The notes under the pieces are model-generated. The model saw nothing but the letters and a program-made list of their open reading frames with translations, ran no database searches and was not told the origin of the DNA. Source: Candidatus Nanoarchaeia archaeon (GTDB lineage Archaea; Nanobdellota; Nanobdellia; Woesearchaeales; JANQNC01). Taken from it: a DNA stretch of 32,000 nt. Below, piece by piece: positions 7,453 through 14,991 of this stretch. The stretch covers positions 1,170,001 to 1,202,000 of the forward strand of contig JANQNC010000001.1 in assembly GCA_028279745.1 (NCBI GenBank). The letters run 5' to 3'. The first letter of the stretch is position 1. Each line of letters begins with the position of its first letter. Both the position numbers and the translations under genes were made by a program.

Positions 7453-7677
7453 TTATTGCTTCATCTCCTTCTTATCAGGCAAAGGTCTCTCAACAGTTAG
7501 AGGGATCTTACCTTCTTCAAACTCTTTTTTAGCAATGTTAACAGGATTAAAGTTAAGCTCTGCTAAGTCAGATTTTGACAATTTAAGCAATAAAGGCGCT
7601 CCTTGAGCTATTTGAGTAGCTCTACTGCCTATAATTCGAGCAGTTTCGTACTTTGTAAGCCTAATATCGTCTGCCAT
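7453..7677 (-). CDS. rpoK: DNA-directed RNA polymerase subunit K (Rpo6/omega homologue)
   Basis: LTKYETARIIGSRATQIAQGAPLLL is the conserved Rpo6/RpoK core. 74 aa. Confidence 0.9.
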   Translation of the reverse strand: MADDIRLTKYETARIIGSRATQIAQGAPLLLKLSKSDLAELNFNPVNIAKKEFEEGKIPLTVERPLPDKKEMKQ

Positions 7678-7720
7678 TTTAAGTAAGGAAATAAGGGGTG
7701 CTTTTTAAAGCTTTCCCCAT

Positions 7721-8494
7721 CTACTGAACAAATTTCCTAAGTTCTGTCGCTTTTTCGATAGCTATATCAAACATCTGGTTGATGTCTTCAACAGTCAGAT
7801 TAGAGTCTCCCCCTTTCTGTAAAGCACTAAGCTCACCATCTTCAGTAGACCAAACATTAAGTTTAGCTTCTGTAGCTTCCTCTTCTTCTTCGTTCAGATC
7901 AACAAAGAATTTACCGCCTGCTTTAACAACAGTTGCACAAATTGGCATCTTTGAAAGTTTCAACTTTTCATCTGTCAAAGTCTTGTAGTCAAGCTTCACA
8001 CCATCGTACTTTGGGAATCTTGCATTTTTCAAAGCAACTATTGCTGCCAAAGCAGCTGCGTCGATAAGATTTCCATCAGTATTCAAAGTGCAAATATCAA
8101 CACCAACGCTCCAAACCTTTTCACCAGGTGTGATGCAAAGTGAGCCAGTGTCAATCATCTTACTTTCTCTTATCCCTCTGTCAACAACTCTTGATAACTC
8201 AATAGCGTCTATCTTTGGAGGTCCTGCTTCAAAGTTAGGTGAAGATAAAGGTAAAAATTCAGCATTTACCATGAAGTTACCGTTCTCAGGGTTGTCAGGA
8301 TAAGGTGTTTCCACATTAAACTTAACTCCTGCAATAACGTCAGTATCTCCTATCTTAACTCTAGCAGATCCTTCTGCAGTAGAAGTAACTTCTACATCAA
8401 CTTTGATATCTCTATAGTCTTTAAGTCCTCTTCCGTCCACTCTAGTATCGTTTTTCAACAATTCCAAAACGTGATCTTTTACGATATTACTCAT
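7721..8494 (-). CDS. rrp42: exosome complex protein Rrp42 (RNase PH-like, non-catalytic)
   Basis: RNase PH-fold protein (RVDGRGLKDYRDIKV...). It sits immediately downstream of rrp41 and overlaps its 3' end. I moved the start to the ATG at 8494, which is 5 nt after AGGTGA; the track start at 8503 is GTG. Confidence 0.9.
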   Translation of the reverse strand: MSNIVKDHVLELLKNDTRVDGRGLKDYRDIKVDVEVTSTAEGSARVKIGDTDVIAGVKFNVETPYPDNPENGNFMVNAEFLPLSSPNFEAGPPKIDAIELSRVVDRGIRESKMIDTGSLCITPGEKVWSVGVDICTLNTDGNLIDAAALAAIVALKNARFPKYDGVKLDYKTLTDEKLKLSKMPICATVVKAGGKFFVDLNEEEEEATEAKLNVWSTEDGELSALQKGGDSNLTVEDINQMFDIAIEKATELRKFVQ

Positions 8495-9200
8495 TTTGTT
8501 CACCTGTGTATTTTTCTTTCAAAGCTTTCTTCTGGAATTCGTAAATCTCATCAACTGATTTCTTAGCAAGCTCCAAAGCTTCTGCCATCTGTTCTTTGCT
8601 TATCTCTCCATCCATCTGCAATAGTGTAACTTCCTTAGTTCGTGGAAGCATTGCAATAGGGATATCTGCCACAGGACCGTCTTCATAAGCTTCTTCCTGA
8701 TAATCAAGATCTACAACAATCTTATCGTCAACTCTTCCAACAGCAACTGCACTTACAAGATCCTTCATTACAAATCCTGCATCTGCTAAAGCCATAGAAG
8801 CAGCACATATTCCTGCACATCTTGAACCTGCATCTGTTTGAGGCAGTTCGATGAAAACATCCACAACTGTGTTAGGGTAGTTTTTCAAGTCAAGAACTGG
8901 CATCAATGATTTTTCTGTAACCATGCTAATTTCCTTAGCTCTTCTGTTTCCACCAGGTCTAATTCTGTCGCCTGTTCCAGAGAAAGGCATCATGTTATAG
9001 TTGCATCTTAATCTTCCTTTTGCAGGATCCTGCAAAAATTTAGGATGTAACTCTCTTGGTCCATAAACAGCAGCTAACGCCCAGGTCTTTCCAATCTTGA
9101 AAGAAGCTGATCCAACTGCATTCTTGATCACTCCAACTTTTGCTTCGATAGGTCTTAGTTCATCGAAGTTTCTTCCATCGGGTCTTTTTTCGTAACTCAT
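8487..9200 (-). CDS. rrp41: exosome complex exonuclease Rrp41 (RNase PH domain)
   Basis: RPDGRNFDELRPI..., GSASFKIGKT and IELPQTDAGSRCAGICAASMALADAG are typical of archaeal Rrp41. The gene overlaps rrp4 by 4 nt. Confidence 0.92.
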   Translation of the reverse strand: MSYEKRPDGRNFDELRPIEAKVGVIKNAVGSASFKIGKTWALAAVYGPRELHPKFLQDPAKGRLRCNYNMMPFSGTGDRIRPGGNRRAKEISMVTEKSLMPVLDLKNYPNTVVDVFIELPQTDAGSRCAGICAASMALADAGFVMKDLVSAVAVGRVDDKIVVDLDYQEEAYEDGPVADIPIAMLPRTKEVTLLQMDGEISKEQMAEALELAKKSVDEIYEFQKKALKEKYTGEQNE

Positions 9201-9886
9201 TTTTTACTCACCTTATCTAAATGTTCTTTGATTCTGTCTGTTAACCCGCTGATGTGAGCTTCTGCTTCAATCTTCTTTATTGTGTCAACAGCAATCCTTT
9301 CTTTTTCAGGATCGTCACACTGAACCCAGATAACTCCGTTTTGTCCAACTGTAACTTTACATCCTGTTGCATCTTTAATCATTGTAACCATACTTCCTTG
9401 TTTTCCAATAATTCTTGGAACTTTGCAAGGTGTTACATTAATTATTCTTCCTCTCTTAATTTTCCAAAGTCCAGGACCTTTCATGCTGACATCAACAAGT
9501 TTTTGTGATGTAACATTTGTGATCTTACATACCATGTAATCTCCTAAGTCAAAGAACTTTGTAAGATTAGCTCCTTTCTCTATGTAATCAGATGTTGCAT
9601 CCCTTAGAGGAAGCATAGCTGAATAAGCACAGTTTATGTCTAATCTCCATCCGCTCATCAATACATCTACAACTTTAGCAATTACAGTATCGTTTCTTTT
9701 AGGCATGTAACTTCCTGCCAACTGAATAACTCTTATTGCACGTCCATCTACATGAACTAACCCAACTCTTGAAGAAACTACATTTTCTCCTTCTCTAATA
9801 GCTCCGTCTGCGGGTAAATAGTCCATTCCTTCAGCCAGAACCTCTCCGGGTACGGCTATACTTTTGTCTTCTATTAGTAATCCCAT
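9197..9886 (-). CDS. rrp4: exosome complex RNA-binding protein Rrp4 (S1 + KH domains)
   Basis: N-terminal domain, then an S1-like region (GDTVIAKVVDV...WRLDI) and a KH region (IIGKQGSMVTMIKDATGCKVTVGQNGVIWV). Conserved operon position. Confidence 0.9.
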   Translation of the reverse strand: MGLLIEDKSIAVPGEVLAEGMDYLPADGAIREGENVVSSRVGLVHVDGRAIRVIQLAGSYMPKRNDTVIAKVVDVLMSGWRLDINCAYSAMLPLRDATSDYIEKGANLTKFFDLGDYMVCKITNVTSQKLVDVSMKGPGLWKIKRGRIINVTPCKVPRIIGKQGSMVTMIKDATGCKVTVGQNGVIWVQCDDPEKERIAVDTIKKIEAEAHISGLTDRIKEHLDKVSKK

Positions 9887-9898
9887 TTTTATTTCACC

Positions 9899-10600
9899 TT
9901 ATTTCGTTTTTGTTACCTCAATAGTAGCATTACCTTGTGTAAGCTCATTCACTTTGTCAAAGAAATCATCCTGCATACCTGCAGGTAATTCAATAACGCC
10001 GTTCCATGAACCATCATTCTGCCACTCATTCTTTGTAAGATTGCCAAATCCCTTGATTGCAGGGAATGTTTTATTGGCATAAGCAGTAGGTACATGAATG
10101 CTTATCTCTTTAGTCTCAAATCTGATAGGCAATACTGCTTGTATCTTTTTCAATATTTGTTGAACCTGTCTTTCTACTGGTTCGAATTCATTCACATGAA
10201 TCTTAGCTTCTTCAAAAGCACTCTCGATCACACTTGGAGGGTGAGGCAAGGAAGTTTTTGGATTAACACCATTAACATGGATGTTGTTTACAATCTGCTT
10301 TCTTTTTTCCTCAACAAGTTTTGCTTTATGTTCTGCTGTAATCTGAACATCGCCTTTTAGGATGATCTCTTTAGCTGCTTCAGCAGGGTTATCGGTATCA
10401 AAAATCTGTTTAACTTGATTCTCGCTAGCTTTCAAACCTTTTTTTGAATCAGCAAAAATGTCTTCTGAAGCTAATACTTCAGTCATGTCCACACTTTTTC
10501 CTTCTTTTAGTGCAACAGCAAGATCACAATCAACTAAGACTTCAAAATTACTTCCGCCTTTTTTTAATCTTGCAATCACAGCTTTATCTACGCTTACCAT
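9899..10600 (-). CDS. SBDS-family ribosome maturation protein
   Basis: AVIARLKKGGSNFEVLVD plus the three-domain SBDS length (233 aa). Conserved superoperon position between psmA and rrp4. Confidence 0.9.
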   Translation of the reverse strand: MVSVDKAVIARLKKGGSNFEVLVDCDLAVALKEGKSVDMTEVLASEDIFADSKKGLKASENQVKQIFDTDNPAEAAKEIILKGDVQITAEHKAKLVEEKRKQIVNNIHVNGVNPKTSLPHPPSVIESAFEEAKIHVNEFEPVERQVQQILKKIQAVLPIRFETKEISIHVPTAYANKTFPAIKGFGNLTKNEWQNDGSWNGVIELPAGMQDDFFDKVNELTQGNATIEVTKTK

Positions 10601-10606
10601 TTTTTA

Positions 10607-11323
10607 TCACTTCAACAATTCTTTAATCTTATTCTTGTCAACCTTTCTGAATTTTTTCTCTTCAGTTGTCAAGTAAACTGCATCTACTCTGTCACTATTA
10701 AAGTTAGCATCAAGAACTTTTTTCAAAGACTTAACAGCTAAACTTATAGCCTCGTCGATCTTCATTGTCTCCTTGTACTCTTTGTTAAGAACTTCAAGGA
10801 TTTCGGAATCTCCTTCACCCATAGCGGTAGCTTTGAATCCGAAATAGATACCTGAAGGTTCTGTAACATAAAGCTTAGGGCCTTCATTATCAATACCTGC
10901 AATCATCAAGCTAACTCCGAAAGGTCTTAGACCTCCTGATTGTGTGCAAAGCTGTTTAAGATCAGAAACATCCTTAACTACTTCAATAATATCAACAGCG
11001 CCATCAAAAGAAACCCTGTGTTGTTGAGCCTTAAGCTGAGCTCTCTCGATTAAAACTCTACCGTCAGAAACTAGTCCCGAAACAGTTACTGCAATGTGCT
11101 CATCGATCTGATAAATCTTTTCAATAGATTCTGGAACCATCAACTTGTCAATAATCCTTTTATCTGCTACGATAACTACTCCATCCTTGCAGATCATACC
11201 TACAGCTGTTGTTCCTTGTTTGACGGTCTTTTTTGCATATTCAACCTGCAATAATCTTCCGTCAGGACTAAACATTGTGATAGCCCTATCATATCCCATC
11301 AATTGGTGTGGTACTGGTTGCAT
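10607..11323 (-). CDS. psmA: proteasome subunit alpha
   Basis: YDRAITMFSPDGRLLQVEYA alpha-subunit signature. 238 aa. Confidence 0.95.
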   Translation of the reverse strand: MQPVPHQLMGYDRAITMFSPDGRLLQVEYAKKTVKQGTTAVGMICKDGVVIVADKRIIDKLMVPESIEKIYQIDEHIAVTVSGLVSDGRVLIERAQLKAQQHRVSFDGAVDIIEVVKDVSDLKQLCTQSGGLRPFGVSLMIAGIDNEGPKLYVTEPSGIYFGFKATAMGEGDSEILEVLNKEYKETMKIDEAISLAVKSLKKVLDANFNSDRVDAVYLTTEEKKFRKVDKNKIKELLK

Positions 11324-11346
11324 TTTTCTTTACCCCCTCGTTTTTT

Positions 11347-11688
11347 TTAAGCAATAAAATTTTCTGCTTTATTCAACACGCCAGAAGTACCTAAACTTCT
11401 AACGGTATTATCTTTAATCAATGCTAAACAAGCCTTTAGCTCATTAACATGCTTTGTCTCCACTCTTAAAATTCCTTTATTGTTACTATACTTGTCAGCT
11501 AAGAACATGATGCCTGCTTTCCCATAGTTTAAAGTTCCTAAATAAGAAAGACAACTAGTTTCAATACTCTTCTTTATGGTGCTAGAGCTAACTTTCTTGC
11601 TTGAAATCACTTCAAAGGCAACGTATCTTTTCTTTTCCCTTAAACTTGGTATTAATGTTTTCAGTTTTGTAATCGGTATCAACTCCAT
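11347..11688 (-). CDS. rnp2: RNase P protein component 2 (Pop5/Rpp14 homologue)
   Basis: LPSLREKKRYVAFEV N-terminal signature. 113 aa. First gene of the exosome/proteasome superoperon. Confidence 0.8.
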   Translation of the reverse strand: MELIPITKLKTLIPSLREKKRYVAFEVISSKKVSSSTIKKSIETSCLSYLGTLNYGKAGIMFLADKYSNNKGILRVETKHVNELKACLALIKDNTVRSLGTSGVLNKAENFIA

Positions 11689-11798
11689 ATATTTTCAAGA
11701 GAACGTAGTATTCTGATACCATCTTTTTCCGCGTTCTTCTCTCTCTGGCTTAAAAGGAGGCAGAAGTCATATTTAAAGGTTACGGATGCAATATATTG

Positions 11799-12143
11799 TC
11801 ATTCCTTAAAGAATTTCTGTTCCTCGAACCCTGAAAGCTCGTCTATAAGCTTCTGAGCAGATTGATCGTTAGGAACTATGTCTGTGCTGCTACAATAAGG
11901 ACATCTTTCAGACTGTTTAGAGCCTTCAACTCTGAAGAAGTCATAACCACAATTGTTGCACTTGTAGGGTTCGCCATTCTTAGGTTTTTCAGGCAAAGCT
12001 CTTTCCTCTTTTTTTGGATTTATTGGTTTGCCGTGAGTTAAACATGAATTGCATAGAAGATTGTCTTCATCGTCATGTCCCATCTCGCTCATAGCAACTT
12101 TCTTTTTACAGCCTTTACATATAATTTTTGTAGTGTCATCCAT
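11799..12143 (-). CDS. double zinc-ribbon protein (hypothetical)
   Basis: Two CxxC...CxxC pairs: CKGC...CNSC and CNNC...CPYC. I moved the start from the track position 12200 to the ATG at 12143 (MDDTTKIICKGC), removing an AT-rich hydrophobic extension. A TTTATAATA box lies about 30 nt upstream on the minus strand. Confidence 0.6.
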   Translation of the reverse strand: MDDTTKIICKGCKKKVAMSEMGHDDEDNLLCNSCLTHGKPINPKKEERALPEKPKNGEPYKCNNCGYDFFRVEGSKQSERCPYCSSTDIVPNDQSAQKLIDELSGFEEQKFFKE

Positions 12144-12242
12144 ATATAGATTATTAATCTTGAATATTATAAACTTTACTATTTTGAAATAGATAAACAA
12201 GAATACAAAAGAATAAAAAGGTGGGAATCTAAATTACTTTTT

Positions 12243-12920
12243 ATGAAAAGAACACTTCTAAGTTTGAGGAAATCTATCGAAAGAGCAAAGAAGAAAAAGG
12301 TAGATATGAATGAGAAGATCGATCCTGAAAAGGCTTTGTATGACTTTAGTGAGAGAGAAAAACAGTATCTGCAAAGATCGATAATATCGTCTATCAAGCT
12401 TCTTTCTAAGAAAACAGATGATCCTCTGATTGGAAAGTTACAACAAGCTAAAACATACGAAGAGATGGAGAACGTCATTGCTGAGTTAGAGAAAATTGAG
12501 CCAAAAAAAGAGAAGAAAGTTGGTGGATTGAAGGTTAGTGTGCCTAAGCTGCCAGTTGCTATACGTGAGGAAATAAGTGCAGATGTTGATGAAATGAAAG
12601 AGTGTTATTCTGGGGGATTGTATAGAAGCGCAACAATTTTGTGTGGAAGAATTTTAGAAGTTGCTCTTCATCGTAAATATTTTGAGGTTACGGGAAAAGA
12701 TATACTTGTTACAAATCCTGGAGTTGGATTGGGGAAGTTAATCGCTAAACTAAAAGAGAAAGAAGTTGAATTTGCTCCTGGGGTGACGGAACAGATACAC
12801 TTAGTAAATCAGATAAGAGTTGAGGCAGTACACAAAAAGACAAAAGTGTTCTACCCTACAAAGGAACAGACACAAGCAACAATACTATATTCTATGGACA
12901 TATTGAAGAAATTATTTTGA
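12243..12920 (+). CDS. hypothetical protein: Lys/Glu-rich coiled-coil N-terminal half plus a DUF4145/HEPN-like C-terminal helical domain with an Rx4H motif
   Basis: The C-terminal CYSGGLYRSATILCGRILEVALHRKY...LGKLIAKL...NQIRVEAVHKK matches my memory of the DUF4145-type module. RVEAVH (12816..12833) fits the HEPN Rx4-6H motif. Confidence 0.6.
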   Translation: MKRTLLSLRKSIERAKKKKVDMNEKIDPEKALYDFSEREKQYLQRSIISSIKLLSKKTDDPLIGKLQQAKTYEEMENVIAELEKIEPKKEKKVGGLKVSVPKLPVAIREEISADVDEMKECYSGGLYRSATILCGRILEVALHRKYFEVTGKDILVTNPGVGLGKLIAKLKEKEVEFAPGVTEQIHLVNQIRVEAVHKKTKVFYPTKEQTQATILYSMDILKKLF

Positions 12921-12973
12921 GGTGCGGAAATTTGAGGATAGTTGCAAAAGCAGGAGGTTTTGTAGGTGAATAT

Positions 12974-13426
12974 ATGGAACAGATGGACATTTCTTATAAC
13001 GAGATACAAGTCAGTGAAAAGTTTGAAAGAGATCTGATCGAGGAAGGAAGAGGGGGAGTGATAAAAGTAGCGTTTAACAGGGTGCCTTTATTTATCACAT
13101 CAAATATCAAATCAATAAACAAATATGTTATGAACTGGGGCGGAGGATTAGAGATTGTGGTGAACGAAGAAGAGCTTGCTTCAGTACCTAAAGGTGTTAA
13201 AGGACATGTTAAAGTTTATTCTAATCCTGAGGGAATTGTCCAAGAATTCTCAACGTGGAGAAATAACAGGATATTGTACAGAGATGTGCTGAATACTTTT
13301 TTGTATAATGGATGCTTAAATGAAGAACCAGATTCATTATTTAGAGAACGATACGGTAAACTGTTTGAAGAACTGAAAAAAGGAACAGAAGAGATACCCT
13401 ACTGGAAAATTACAGATGCAATTTGA
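12974..13426 (+). CDS. hypothetical protein (150 aa)
   Basis: The ATG at 12974 lies a few nt downstream of an AGGTGA motif, with AGGAGG further upstream; the track start at 12917 is TTG. No recognisable motifs. The 3' end overlaps the convergent receiver gene by 17 nt. Confidence 0.55.
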   Translation: MEQMDISYNEIQVSEKFERDLIEEGRGGVIKVAFNRVPLFITSNIKSINKYVMNWGGGLEIVVNEEELASVPKGVKGHVKVYSNPEGIVQEFSTWRNNRILYRDVLNTFLYNGCLNEEPDSLFRERYGKLFEELKKGTEEIPYWKITDAI

Positions 13427-13787
13427 TCATGTAGTCAAATTCTTGGATGAAGGTCATGCTTCCTTTAGATATTGTATATGTTGCGCCTGCAGTCATCCCT
13501 TGGTTTAGTATTGTAGACCTGTTGTCAAATGAACATATCAGATAAATAGGAACTTCTCTGTTAAATTGCCTTATATCTCTTATAGCTTGTATCCCGTGAA
13601 CTTTACCTGCCATCATGTTGTCAGTCATTATCAAATCATATCTTTTATCTTTTGCTTTATGGATTAGGTCTTCACCTGATTCTACAGTTGTTAGTTGAAT
13701 GTTGGGTCTTTTAGCTTTAAGCAATGCAGAATACTTCATTCTTGTGCCTGGTTCGTCTTCTGCCATTAATACTTGTTTTAGATTCAT
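13410..13787 (-). CDS. stand-alone response regulator receiver (CheY-like) protein
   Basis: The acidic pocket VLMAEDEP, phospho-acceptor context YDLIMTDNMM, and downstream S/T (LICSF) and K (ISKG) positions match REC domain architecture. 125 aa with no output domain. Confidence 0.85.
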   Translation of the reverse strand: MNLKQVLMAEDEPGTRMKYSALLKAKRPNIQLTTVESGEDLIHKAKDKRYDLIMTDNMMAGKVHGIQAIRDIRQFNREVPIYLICSFDNRSTILNQGMTAGATYTISKGSMTFIQEFDYMIKLHL

Positions 13788-13847
13788 TGTGGGTTACAGA
13801 ATACACTTCTTATTTATAAACCTTTGCATTTTGTTACCACTTTCCAG

Positions 13848-14489
13848 TTACCAAAGGAACCAGTCAGCAGTAATTAATACATAGATTATCAGGAACAAAT
13901 TAGCAGATGCGTGGCATTGGATACATGAAAAGATGTCTTTTCTGTAGTAAAGCCATAGGTTAAAGATTATACCTGCAATTATCCCGTTGATCCACATAGC
14001 ATGCATAAACCCAAAGATGGCTACGGTTAAGATAAAGCTTAGCCAACTAAATGTGCCAATAGGTAATTTATCCCATTTGTTTGAATCAACAAAGAACCGG
14101 ATAAGGAATGATCTGATAAATAATTCTTCAACAACAGCAGCAACAATAACCATGCCGATAAGTTTTGCAGCTATTAAGATGAAAGGGAATTGGGTGTTAA
14201 ACGGATTGAAAATTTCAAAGTCTGCAATATTTCCTTGATACGCAAAATTCCAACCAAAGTGTCTAGCGGCTAAATCAAAACCAATCCAGATCAAGATAAG
14301 ACCTAGGCCCATAAGCCATGCAGCGGGGTCAAACTTAGCCTTGATCTCCTTATACTGTTTCCAGAAGTAAGCAATTACTGCTAAACCTGCAATAGCTCTA
14401 ACTATGTAAGCAATATATGTATCAACTCCAAAACTAGGAAGAAACATAGCAAATAATACAACAAAAAAAGGGATTAGATATTTTTTCAT
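13848..14489 (-). CDS. CPBP-family (CAAX protease-like, Abi) intramembrane metalloprotease
   Basis: All three CPBP motifs are present: EExxxR (VVEELFIRSF), FxxxH (FGFMHAMW) and HxxxN (HASANL). Polytopic. The start overlaps the upstream ORF stop as ATGA (14486-14489). Confidence 0.85.
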   Translation of the reverse strand: MKKYLIPFFVVLFAMFLPSFGVDTYIAYIVRAIAGLAVIAYFWKQYKEIKAKFDPAAWLMGLGLILIWIGFDLAARHFGWNFAYQGNIADFEIFNPFNTQFPFILIAAKLIGMVIVAAVVEELFIRSFLIRFFVDSNKWDKLPIGTFSWLSFILTVAIFGFMHAMWINGIIAGIIFNLWLYYRKDIFSCIQCHASANLFLIIYVLITADWFLW

Positions 14490-14692
14490 TTTGAGTCATG
14501 ATGGTTTTTTATGAACACAAATCCAACCATGCAGGATATTATTGCAAGAAATACAGCATAGCCAGGAAATTCAATTGAGCTTTCTGACTGAACTATACTC
14601 ATACCTGTAGCTCCATCGCCCACACCAACAATTGCCAGGAAGAATAAGAATATCACTGACAACAATAAACCAAGCATTAATTTATCTTTCAT
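14486..14692 (-). CDS. small bitopic membrane protein (68 aa), paralogue-like to the upstream ORF
   Basis: The ATG at 14692 is preceded by GGAGG and overlaps the upstream stop as ATGA. N-terminal hydrophobic segment, GDGATGMSIVQSESS ectodomain, then a C-terminal TM and basic end. Confidence 0.6.
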   Translation of the reverse strand: MKDKLMLGLLLSVIFLFFLAIVGVGDGATGMSIVQSESSIEFPGYAVFLAIISCMVGFVFIKNHHDSK

Positions 14693-14931
14693 TGTAAAGA
14701 CGCCTCCGTCTGTTTGATTATGAAAAACCATCCAAACAATCCAACTGCAACGATTAAGCTTACACCAACTACCATCTTAGATGCATTGCCATCAACAACA
14801 CTAAAACCAGTAATTGCGTTTCCGCTTGAAGCTGTTGCTGTCGTATCATTCTCCATAAAGTTTTCAACGTTAAACAATGAAGAAACCAGTAATACAGCCG
14901 CAATTAAAAGTACAGTGGTGCTAGTTTTCAT
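14689..14931 (-). CDS. small bitopic membrane/secreted protein (80 aa)
   Basis: N-terminal signal/anchor MKTSTTVLLIAAVLLVSSL, Thr/Ser/Asn-rich middle with NAITGFSVV, then a C-terminal TM. A TATA box lies about 25 nt upstream, suggesting a leaderless-type transcript. Confidence 0.6.
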   Translation of the reverse strand: MKTSTTVLLIAAVLLVSSLFNVENFMENDTTATASSGNAITGFSVVDGNASKMVVGVSLIVAVGLFGWFFIIKQTEASLQ

Positions 14932-14953
14932 AATCTGATTTTAGTATAGTGTG

Positions 14954-14961
14954 TATTTAAA
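14954..14961 (-). promoter_or_regulatory. candidate TATA box (TTTAAATA on the minus strand) for the small-protein/CPBP operon
   Basis: Plus-strand tatttaaa lies 23-30 nt upstream of the ATG at 14931. The spacing is consistent with a leaderless mRNA. Confidence 0.4.
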
Positions 14962-14991
14962 TGTTTTGGTAAGAAAAAGAGAAAATAAAAA

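Noticed and set aside
7779-11357. Plus-strand ORFs antisense to the exosome/proteasome superoperon (7779..7988, 8088..8303, 9254..9508, 9864..10082, 10094..10360, 10444..10676, 11145..11357)
   Set aside because: They lie opposite highly conserved housekeeping genes, are short, and have no motifs or translation signals.
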